Assembly (NCBI GenBank): GCA_013239625.1
Contig: MU053652.1
Span: 2,544,001 to 2,608,000, forward strand
DNA length: 64,000 bases
Reading direction: 5' to 3'
Origin: Lama guanicoe
Taxonomy: Eukaryota
The position numbers and the translations under genes were made by a program. The notes under the pieces are model-generated. The model did no database searches and was not told where the DNA came from. It saw nothing but the letters and a program-made list of their open reading frames with translations. Positions 1 to 12,085 of the stretch are shown piece after piece. Every line of letters begins with the position of its first letter. Position 1 is the stretch's first letter.

Positions 1-2130
1 GGTCAGCTGTGGCTCACCCTGGGAACATAAGAGCTGGTGGTGGACATCTACAGGAGCTGGGAGTGTTCATCTACATGAGCTTTCCTGGAGGCTGGCATCT
101 AGCTTGGGTCATTAGCACTAAGACCTAGCACCACACAACAGCCTACAGGCTTAAGTGCTGGGAAGCCTCAGGTCAAACAAGATACTGGGTGGGAACACGC
201 AGCCCAACATGTCAACAGACTTCCTGAGCCACAGACTCCTCTAGACACGCCCTTAGATAACCACCTTACCTACCAGAAGACCAGGACCAAGCTCCATGCA
301 ACAGTGGGCAGGCACCGATTCCTCTTGCCAGGAAACCTGGATAAGCCTCTAGTCCAGCCTCATCTACCAGGGGGCAGATACCAGAAGTAAGAAAACAACA
401 ATCCCAAAGCCTGTGGAAGGAATCCACAAACGCAGGCCAGATTCTACTCTGGAATCAGCTGGATCCTGGACCTTGGGTGAAAAGAGACCTTGGGTGACAA
501 GAGAGGAGTGTACTGCTAGGATGTATAGGACATCTCCCTCAGAGGGCTACTTCTCCAAGGTCGAGAAACGTAACTAATCTACCTAAAAATACACATAGAA
601 AGATAGACAGTATGAGTCAGCAGAGAAGTATCTTCCTGACCAAGACACAGGATAAAGTTCCAGAAGAAGAAATAAATGATGAGGAGATAGGCAATCTATC
701 TGAGTTTAGGGTAATGATAGTGAAGATGTTCAGAGAACTCAGGAGGAGTATAGATACACAGAGCAAAGTTTTTAGCAAAAAGTTAGAAAAATATAAAGAA
801 TACCCAAATGGAATTGAAGAATACAATTAAGAAATGAATAATACACTAGAAGGAACCAACAATATATCAAATGAGGCAGAAGAATGGATTATTGAGCTAG
901 AAGACACATTAGTGGAAATCACTACTGCCAGAACAGAAAGGAGAAAAAAGAATAAAGAGAAATGAGGATAGTTTAAGAAAACTCTGAGACAATATGAAGC
1001 ACACTGATATTTGCATCATAGAGGTCCCAGAAAGAGAAGAGAGAGAGAAAGGGCTTGAGAAAATATTTGCAGAGATAATAGCCAAAAATTTCCTTAACCT
1101 GGGAATGAAAACAGTCACCCAAGTCCAGGAAGTGCAGAGAATTCTACACAGGATCAACCCAAAGAGGAACACACCAAGGCACACAGTCATCAAATTCACA
1201 AAACTTAAGGATAAGGAGAAAATATTAAAATCAGCAAGAGAAAAGCAACAAATAGCATACAAGGGAACTCCTATAAGGTTATCAGCTGATTTTTCAGCAG
1301 AAATTCTACAGGCCTAAGAGGAGTGTCACGGTATATTTTAAATGATGAAAGGGGAAAACTTACAACCAAGGATACGCTATCCAGCAAGGCTTTCATTCAG
1401 ATTTGATGGAGAAATCAAATCTTCACAGATAAACAAAAGCTAAAACAATTCAGCACCACCAAACCAGCTTTACAACAAATGTTAAAGGAAATTCTCCAGT
1501 CATCAAACCACAAGAAAAGAGATACGTACACCCCAATGTTCATAGCAGCACTACTGACAATAGTCAAGACATGGAAGCAACCTAAATGTCCATTAACAAA
1601 TGACCAGATAAAGAAGTTGTGGTGTGTGTGTATATATATATACACACACACACACACACAAAATGGAATACTACTTGGCATAAAAAAGGCTAAAATAATG
1701 CCATTTGCAGCAACATGGATAGACCTGGAGATTGTCATACTAAGTAGGTCAGAAAGAGAAAGAAAAATACCACATGATATCACTTACACGTAGAATTTAA
1801 AAAAAAAAAGATGAATGAACTTATTTACAAAACAGAAACAGTCTCACAGACACAGAACACAAACTTCTGGTTACAGGATGGGGGAGGTGGTGGGGAAGGA
1901 TAAATGGAGAGTTTGGGATTGCAGATACAAACTACCATATATAAAACAGATAAACAACAAGGACCTACCATATAGCACAGAGAACTATACACAATATCTT
2001 GCAGTAAACTCTAATGAGAAGGAATGTGAAAAGGAATGTATACATGTATAACTGAATCACTCTGCTATACACCAGAACCTAACACAATATTGTAAATAGA
2101 CTACACTTCAATTAAATTAATTAATTAATA

Positions 2131-2178
<48 letters not shown>
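1..2178 (+). mobile_element. Degenerate L1: 5'UTR and ORF1 joined to the extreme 3' end of ORF2 and 3'UTR, almost all of ORF2 absent
   Basis: ORF1-like peptides (ICIIEVPEREE, RINPKRNTPRH, GTPIRLSADFS) at 612-1499; ORF2 C-terminus (TPMFIAAL...KTWKQPKCP) from ~1521; A/(AAT)n tail; 5'UTR homologous to ~31010-31570. Confidence 0.92.
2125..2173 (+). repeat. (AAT)n microsatellite in L1 tail
   Basis: Direct reading. Confidence 0.95.
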
Positions 2179-2179
<1 letters not shown>

Positions 2180-5100
2180 GACATGGACTCTAAAATCAAG
2201 GAGATCTTGGATGGAACTGTCTCTTTATCACAACTGAGTGATCACTACCAAATTCCTTAACCACTGATTTCCAAAGCTCTAAAATGGCACACAGTGCCAA
2301 TCTCACAAAGCTACTGTGAGAATTAAATAATGCATGCACAGCTGTGAAAATTGGGTGATGAATAAACACACTGTTTATTTTAAAAGAACAAAAAAGGTGG
2401 TGGAGTGGAGATAAATTACAAAAATAGGTAGTGGCCAGATCACAGAGGGGGTTAAATGACAACAGAAAGGCTCTGACTTGACTTCATGGACAGTGTAGCA
2501 GTAAAAGATCTTACCTAGAGAAGTGAAATGGTTAGATCTGAACTTGCAGCATATAGGGCTGACTAAAAAGGGGGAGCCAGAGAAAGAGAGGCACTGGAAG
2601 TAAAATAACCAAAATCATAGCATATGTTCAAGATGTCAAACCCATTTCATTCTAAGAGACTGAAGAAACAAATGACTGAGTCAATCAATCAGTTATTACT
2701 TAGATCATGAAATTCAAACAGGTCTTTTTTTGGTATCAATACTAAATAAACCCTACAACTACTTACTACCAGCAGTACTAATTTATACCTCTTATAAACT
2801 TAGAAATGTAGAAATGTTAACATACCAGTGTCTTTATACCATTTTGCACAAAGCAGCAGTCTTTTTATTTTATGAGCTTGATTGCAGTATCTATCCTACT
2901 CTGATTCTTAAGGGAAAATCAGACTGTTCTGATTGTATAATCCTCCACAAGATGGCACACACATTTTTCCACGTAGAAATAGTACAGAATGCATATACTA
3001 TGTACTGACATAGCATGGGTCCAACCTCAGGTAAAATACATGTGTCAAAAAGAAGAGGCAGAAGAAGAGCTGTAAATCTTGTGAAAGAAGTTAGCTTAAT
3101 TCCTAGATTAATACAGACACCAAGGGAAAAACATGAAATTAAAAAAAAACTTTTAAGAAACACAAACTTACATTCAGGATAAAAATGAAACTCTGTCACG
3201 GTATTTAGTCTAGTCCTTCTGAAAGTGCAGTTAATAAGACTTTAGACTGACATGAGAAATTTTGAAGAGAGGGATAAATTAGAAGGGGAAAGATATTTTA
3301 TGTGCTCTTTAACCTTACCTTCTTTAGCCATTCCCTTGAACTCTCATGACCCAGCAGATTATCAAATGGATTCATCTGTCTCTCTTTTTAAAAAGAGTTA
3401 TATTCTTTTTAAAGCTCTAATTACAAAATTATCTAGAGACTGATCTTCTGGGTCAGTTCAACACATGGTTGTGCTTTCCCTGTTGTATATTCTGTCAGTA
3501 TACTTTGTATTAGGGCTATATTTTAGAATTCCTTTCTGATAATTGTATGGAAGAAGAAGATTCATGTCATATGTAGCTGAAAAAATAGTCATATGAATAT
3601 ATTTGTATTTAAAAACCAAAATCCATGTTTACCTTTCTTCAAAAGCTTATTTAAATAGTATCAAGGAAAACCATTATGTACCATTAAAAAAACGAAAGCA
3701 CTTACATATAATTGGTACAGAACAGTCAAAGGCTCAGATTTCCATAGAAGGGCTCTTTCAAGTTACAAGCAACTTCTTTTAGAGATACCAAATAATGGGA
3801 TTTTGCCTGAGTCCTACCATCTATTCTGATTGAGAGAGCGGAAAAGGCTGGTACTGTAGGTTCTCAAAATTCAATAAGAGTTGCACAACAAAGAATTCTC
3901 TGATACAATGGATATTTAAATTTTCACCTGGATAGACTTCCACACTGAAGCAAAATAGAAATGCCTTTTCTCTCTTTCTATTTGCCTCATTTTACCCAGA
4001 GTTGAAACCCAATTCAGAGTTGAAGAATCTAAGTGGAGAGGTGCCAGGTATAGGAACTATAATCAGTAAAACTGACATATTACCTAACTAAGACAAAATT
4101 CTACATTCCTTCTCTACCATGGTATGAATGATAGAATCCACTTAGGATAGAAGAAAACTTTGAAAATCAAATAGTAAAATGTACACCATCATGTACTTTT
4201 TAAAATGGTCATTCTATCCTTAGAGCTGTAGCAAAGTGAAAAAAAAACAAAACTACAGACTGAAAAAGGAAAAGAAAATTTAGGGACTATTACATTTTTA
4301 ATATTTAAGAAAACAAGATACATGAAATACTGGGAAACAATAATAGCTGTGAAATAAAATACAGAAGCTGAAATGAACTCTATGAAGCTTTAGTCTAGTG
4401 AAGATGTTCTCAACTCCTTGAGGATCTGAATTTACAGATTCTCTTCCAGAAAAATGTACATACAAACAAAATTTTGTATATAACTTCCACAGGTTAAGAG
4501 CCTTTGCTCAGGAAACCTTCAAAACACGTATTTAAAATAATGACTGGGCTTCTCTAAACCATATTTCACAACTTACACATCAACTTTGTAAAGATGGAAC
4601 TTATAGGTTCTTCAAATTCTACTTGGGGAAAGTCACTCTACTACTAAACCTACCTAATCCTTATTGCTAAAATTCTTAAAATGAATTTAAGTATTTTTTT
4701 CTAAAAATTTAAGGTTTCCCTTCCTGTCCAAAACATCAATAAGGACAATATATATAAAAGATGAAACAAAGATACCAAAATAATATTGGTTCGTTAGAAT
4801 GAGGAATTGTGGGTGAGATTTCTTTTCCCCTCAACACTGCTCTTCAACTTGTTTTAAACTGTTTTTCAAAAATTTTAAATTATTTTAAAACATCTCCACC
4901 ATGAGATTCTGTCAAAAACATAAACAAACAAAAACCAAAGATCTCTAGACTTATATAAAATTCTCTCAGTGGAACTAATCAGTATATATTTGTGTATTAA
5001 TATGCCGCATATAAAATACATATTATATAAATAATATATACTGTACATATAAAATACATAATTTCATTTAATTCTTGCAACAACTTAATGTATTATTCCT

Positions 5101-5994
5101 ATTTTTATCATTATTATAACTCATTCAAGATCAAACAAAAAGTCGTGGTAAAGTCACATCCAGGTATGTCTAACACACACACAAACACAATTCCTTCCCA
5201 CAAACTCAACTTCCAACCACTATATTTGATTGCTATATCAATAAGACTGGACTGGTAAGTCAACCTGATGGTAGCAGTTATAAGAAGGCATGATGAAATA
5301 AATACTTAAAGTATATGAAACCACCTTGGTAAATTATGCTATTAATAGTTTTACAGTAGAAATAGAAGAATTTCTAGAGAAAAAATTCCAAAGATATCTA
5401 AGATTTTGCTCTTATACCCAAATTAAATTCAGAAAGCACCAACTGTTACCCCCAAAATGCAAAGTCTATATTACATTTAATTTTCCTATGTAGATTCCAA
5501 GGTAATAATAACTACAGCTTTAAGGAAGTATAGTCTATACACTAGAAATGAACAAGCAGAATCACTAGAAAATTTAAATATATTAGAATATAACCAGTAA
5601 TATTAATGCACCTCAGAAAAATACTGGCATTTTACAACAAATGACATCATGACTTGATCCATTCATCAAGGTTAAAGCAATATCAGAGTGCAGTTTCCAA
5701 GTAAATATTTTTCTTTCCACTTGAAGGAAAATGGATTTTAAAATTTTGACTCAATTTAACAATTATTTAGTACACACCTATTCCATACCAGGCTCTGGGA
5801 CCATAAAAATAAATAACGCAAGATCCTCATCTTTCCCCACCTCAATAAGACCATTGGGAATGGGAGGCAGAGAGGAGAAAGCTGAACAGAGAGGAATGGG
5901 ATCCATAAAACCTACACAAGCAACTCTAAAACAACATGGAAATCATTGTAGTAAAAATAATAGTATAAACACAGTGCTATGTAAATAGAGAGGA

Positions 5995-6570
5995 AAATGA
6001 TTATTCTCCCTGGACCTGTCCTCTGAACCCTAAACTAATATATCTAACTTCTTACTTCCCATATCTACTTGGATGTCTAATTGGCATCTCAAACTTAACT
6101 GTCTAAAATCCAGTTGCTGAATAATCCACCATATTTAATCCTCTTGTTTTTATCCTTCTTAGGGAATGGCTATACAAGTTTTCCAACTGATCAGGTCAAA
6201 AGCTTGAGTCATCCTTTATTCCTTTCTCTAACACCTCATATCTAATCTAACAATAAATTCCATCAGCTCTATGTGACATCTTCAAAATACACCCAAAATT
6301 TGACCAATTTTCAATACTATGATTACCACCCTAGTAAAAGCCAATGCTCTATCACACTTCCCTAGTGAGCAACTGCTTCCTAAAAGGTCTCTCCACTTCT
6401 GCCCTTCATTCAATTTGTTTTGTTAAAATGCAATGTCAGTTCATAGCATTTCTCAGAATCTAGCAATATCTTCGATTATCCCACTCTGAAAAAAGGCCGA
6501 AAAGACTCAACACAATGGCTCCTCACTCTTTCTCTGACTTTATCGTCTACTAGTCTCTCACCCACCTCAG
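5995..6570. mobile_element. Ancient L2 fragment
   Basis: Motifs such as atatctacttggatgtctaattggcatctcaaacttaac and cttgagtcatcctttattcct resemble the L2 3' region. Confidence 0.7.
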
Positions 6571-7256
6571 ATCTAGCAACAAATAGTCTGGAAAAAAATA
6601 AGAGTAGAAGAAAGGTAGGCAACGATTTACTTTATTACTTCAACAAATACCACTTACACAGAGCAAGTAATTTCATCTGAAATTTTATATGAATACCAGC
6701 AGTATTTACTAATCATGGGAAGTCAAAACTTTATTAATAGAGAGATTTAGACAAAAAAATATATATATAGGTAATGAATCTTCCCAGTAAACTCCACAAA
6801 GGCAGACAGACAAGAATATTACACATCTTTCCAAGAATTTCATGGGCCTCCTTAAAGCCCATTCATAAAGCCTCATTCAAGAAAACAAGGAAATACCAAA
6901 AGGATAGAGCACAGTGACAGAAAGAAAAGTAGATAGCAATAGTTAGCTGAAACAAAAGATTGGAAATGCCAGAGTACGAAAGTTATTTCATTTTTGAATG
7001 GTGTTTTAAAAAATTCTTTTGTTTTCTGTTGATACTGTAGACTCCTGGATTACCTATCCTTATAACCAGACACCTGTTTAAACTTAACCTAAACCACAGT
7101 TCGTGAGTCTTATGAAAGCTTTTAAAGCTTTTTCTGACTTGGTTAAGTTCTAGGGCATCCTTCCTTGTATTTCTCTCTGCTTCCAGACACCTGAATCCTC
7201 AGAAGCTGCACTTCTACTCTACCTCAATCTGGAATCCCAAATCTAATTATATCACC

Positions 7257-7293
7257 TGTGTGTGTGTGTGTGTGTGTGTATGTGCGTGTGTGT
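7257..7293 (+). repeat. (TG)n microsatellite, interrupted
   Basis: Direct reading. Confidence 0.95.
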
Positions 7294-7763
7294 AAAGGAA
7301 GAATTCCATAACAATAGGTTTTACACATCATCCATATTACTCATACAAAGGATCATCTGAACCTGCTTAAACCCTTTCAACTTTGATATTTTATGCAGTT
7401 ACTACTGTTCCTAAATTTTTAAGTGGTAATGACAACATACTGATTTGTCATTTGAGTTACAGACAACTTTATATTAACTGACTATCATGATTATTTAGTT
7501 TTATCAGAGTTAAATTTTTGGTTCCTTTTAAAGGCTGAAAATCTAGTTTTATAATCATCCATGGGCCTAAATAAAGTTTGACCATCCAGCATTCAGAAAG
7601 TTTAGGGGTGGGGGGAAGCACTGAAACATACAAAATGGCTCTAAATTCAAAATTCCTCTACTGATGGATAAGTCCCTAAATTTCCTATGGTAGAAATATT
7701 TGCTTAAAAATATATTCACAAAGTACTTCTATTACTTTTTATAAACTACTGCTCATACATTAT

Positions 7764-9375
7764 CAAAAAAAAACCAGAATATACATTCTTTTCAAGTGCA
7801 CATGGAACATTCTCTGGGACAGACCACATACTAGGACACAAAAACAAGCCTCAACAAATTTAAGAGGATAAAAATTACTTCAGGCAGCTTTTCTGACCAC
7901 AATGGCATGAAGTTAGAAATTAACCATGGAAAGAGGGATGAGAAAAAACTAAACAACATGGAGACTAAACAACATGCTACGAAAAACCCAATGGGTCAAT
8001 AATGAAATCAAAGAGGAAAGAATATACCATGGAAAAATCTCTTCAGCAAGTGGTGTTGGGAAAGCTGGACAGCTGCATATAAATCAATGAAGTTAGCATA
8101 CTACCTCACATCATACACAAAAATAAACTGAAAATGGGTTCAAGACTTAAATATAATACAGGACACCATAAAACTCCTAGAAGGGAACATAAGCAAATTC
8201 TCTGACACAAATCACAGCAATGTTTTCCTAGGTCAGTCTCTCAAAGCAATAGAAACAAAAGCAAAACTAAACAAATGGGACCTAACCAAACTTACAAGCT
8301 TTTGAATATGAAAGAGAATCATAAACAAAATGAAAAGACAGCCTACAGAATGGGAGAAAATATTTGCAGATGATGCAACCAACAAGGGATTAATTTCCAA
8401 AATATACGAACAACTCATACAACTCAGTAACAGAAAAATAGACAACTCACTCAAATAATGGACAGAAGACCCAAACAGACATTTCTCCAAAGAAGACATC
8501 CAGGTGACCAACAGGCACTTGAAAAGAGGCTTAACGTCACTAATTATCAGAGAAATGCAAATAAAAAACTACAATGAGGTAACACCACATATTAGTCAGA
8601 ATGGCCATCATTAAAAAATATACAAATAATAAATGCTGGAGAGGGTGTGGAGAAAAGGGAACCCTACACTGTTGGTGGGAATGTATTTGGTGCAGCCACT
8701 ATGGAAAACAGCATGGAGATTTCTTTAAGAAACAGAAATATAGTTACCATGTGATCCAGCAATCCCACTCCTGGGCATATATTCAGAGAAAACTAATTCA
8801 AAAAGATACATGCACCCCAGTGCACACAGCAGCACTATTTACAACAGCCAAGACAAAAGCAACCTAAATGTCCACTGACAGATGAACGAAGATGATGTGG
8901 TGTGTGTGTACATATATATAAATATATAAATATATAGATACAGATATAGATAGATCAGAGTACTACTCAGCCATAAAAAAGAATGAAATAATTCCACCTA
9001 CAGCAACATGGATGGACCCAGAGATCATCATACTAAGTAAAGTAAATCAGACAGAAAAAGACAAATATCATATGATATCACTTATATGTGCAATCTAAAG
9101 TGATACAAATGAATTTATATACAAAATAGAAACAGACTCACAGACATAGGAAACAAACCTATGGTTACCAAAGGGGAAAGTGCAGGGAGGGATAAACTAG
9201 GACTTCGGGATTAGCAGATACAAACTACTATATATAAAATAAAGAACAAGGTCCTACTGGATAGCACAGAGAACTATGTCCAGTATCTTATAATATGATA
9301 AAGAATATATATGAATCACCATGCTGTATACCAGAAATCAACACAATGTTGTAAATGAATTATACTTCAATAAAA
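7764..9375 (+). mobile_element. 5'-truncated L1 with internal deletion of the RT region
   Basis: EN C-terminal motif (YTFFSSAHGTFSGTDHILGHK) at ~7780-7845, jump near 8020 to late ORF2 ([10 protein letters not shown]), then [10 protein letters not shown], 3'UTR, AATAAA at ~9369. Confidence 0.9.
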
Positions 9376-11093
9376 CACACACACACAGACACATGCATAA
9401 AGATATTACAGAATAATATTTGGCCCTTTATCACTATATGCTGTAAATATTTTACTTCAAAGATCTCTGACCTGAAAAGTTAGATTTTAATTCTCAATAA
9501 CTCTTTTCATACTAAGTTCTGTCAGGACATTCGCCTATCATTTGAATCTTTTTATTTTCCATTTTCAAATATCATGGATTACAAAAAAAGAGAAAAATTA
9601 TTTTCTCTTTTCTTACACATGTACATTACCTTTCTTATATGGTCTATGTCCCATAATAAGCAACACAGTAAGCACTATAAAAATTCCTTCTGCTCCCTGA
9701 TAAGGTGAACTTTAAATGTAAAAGATATCACATTATTTTCACATTTAAGGAAAATAGCATTTTGCCTAGAAAATTAAAGTAGTTTTTCAAACACTCTTCT
9801 TTGGTATTTTATTAGCAAATTAAAAAAAAAGAATTTAGTAAGATTTTCATTATGACTGAAAAGAAAATGAATGGCATTACTAATTCCACTGTATGTTCAA
9901 AAGAGGAAAAAAGTTACTACAATCTCAACACAAATTTTCATCTTTTTCATACAATATTTAACTTTTTTGGATTAAAAAAATCAATTTGCATATTAATCTG
10001 GTTCTTTAAGAAATAAGCATATGTGTATTTATTAAACCCTCAAGTAGAAAAAGATGCTTAAGACTACAACTGAGTCAAGCCTATTTCTGTGGGAAGGAAG
10101 GGGTTTGGGAGGAGGGGCTAAGATTAGGAAATCAAATATCTCTGCCTTGAAATGAAACTTTTCCAAAGAGACTAATAATACTTCTAAACAAGCTCAAAGG
10201 TTATTATACAAATTTAGCAGTTAATTTTAAATAAAATAATATAATTTCTCTTGTTACTTATAAAGTATTTGTGAAAATACATTAATGGCTAGAAGATTAT
10301 TACCTACATTGCAATAATTTTTATTAATTCTTTTATAATATGAGTCAAAAAACTATTCCTGAAACACTATTCAACACAGTAATAGAATGAAGTTTTTATT
10401 ATACTTGGAAAAAGTAAAATAATATTTGGATGGATATTGGCATTCTATGTGATAAAGTTTTCTAAAACCAAGCAATAAAATTATACTAAATTCTTGGTAT
10501 TATCTGCTTTTCAAGATGGTAATTTGAAACCTATTATAATTTTATTATTACCCTCTAAATATAATGGTATTTAAGCTATTCTACGGTGTAGGAACCAAGG
10601 AAAATTTTTGGTATCAAGTTACAGAATAAAATTAAGAGGGCAGCAAAGGAAGACTAAAACAAATTATTTATAGGCTTGTGAATAGAATTTAGCAATTAAT
10701 GGATCTACCAACACTTAGGCTACCTAATTTGAGAGTCTCTCCTTCTAAAAATATACCTTAATTCTCCTTTATTGCAACAATTCACATATTACAACATTAA
10801 AATACAAATGCACTAAAATTCAGAAATACTGCACAATCAAACACACATAAAACTACACACATACACAGCTATAAAGGGCTGCACATCACATTTCCTTTAG
10901 GTTATCTAATTTCTTTTGTGTAGCAGCCTCCCATCCTCACATGTCATGGCATAGTTTAAGTTATACCTGTGGCAAATGCCCATTTTTTTTGCTACTTGGT
11001 TATGGTTAGCAACATTTAAACTTCCTATGAATGGAAAGAAGTATATTTATGATTACCTGGTATCTAAAGGTGTATAATTTTTCTTTAAATCAC

Positions 11094-11232
11094 TTTTTGT
11101 TTTGTTTTGTTTTGTTTTTGGAGGGGGAGGCAATTAGGTTTATTTATTTATTTTTAACGGAGGTACTGGGGATTGAACTCACGACCTCGTGCATGCTAAG
11201 CACGCACTCTACCACTGAGCCATACCCTCCCC
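11094..11232 (-). mobile_element. tRNA-derived camelid SINE (Vic-1-like)
   Basis: Reverse complement reads GGGGAGGGTATGGCTCAGTGGTAGAG (A box)...GTGAGTTCAATCCCCAGTACCTCC (B box), aaacctaattgcctcccc, A-rich tail; ends ~55 bp from the exon 8 donor. Confidence 0.9.
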
Positions 11233-11270
11233 TTTAAAGATGTATACTTTTTTAAATAATTTGCTTTCTA

Positions 11271-11378
<108 letters not shown>

Positions 11379-12085
11379 TTAAGGTAAAGCACAGAACAAC
11401 TGCAAATCCAGAGTAATTTCATTCATAAGTCTGTAATGAGTAGTGAAAATAACACACTTATTTTTTCAATACTAAGAATAAGAGGACTCATAAAAGTAAA
11501 AACATGACTTATAACTAAGTTTATAGCAATCATCTTATTCTTTTTCCTAATTGCAACTGGAAGCTATTTTCAATTTCTTTAGGACCAATGCCATAAACTA
11601 GCAAAGACACAGGATATTTCAAAAAACATAAGATAAAAATCTCCACTAGGAGTGACAAAGTGAATATGGAAAATAAAAACAGAATTAGATCTCAGGTCTG
11701 TAATTCCAGGGATGGTTTATTAGTATAAAATGAGCAGTTTTAAAGTTCATAAAACTAGCTACTGAAAACTAAGATGCTATCAATTTTATATTAATGATTA
11801 TTTCCTTACTGTATTAATTTTGTGACAATATTTCACAAATCAGTTCTCACATAATTTGCCAACTATTTTATTTGAGTACTGACTGACAAAATGTAGGATT
11901 CGCTTCTCTTTGATTCTTATTTACATCTTAAAGTTTAATAGAAAGAAGGTTTAAATATAATCAGTGAAAAATTTAAACTTCTGTACAAGAAAACAACTGT
12001 TCAACTTATATCTAATCTAACTTTGTATCAAATCTTTCATAAATGAAGATATAACTTCATTTCAATGGTTCAACAGGTTACAGGA

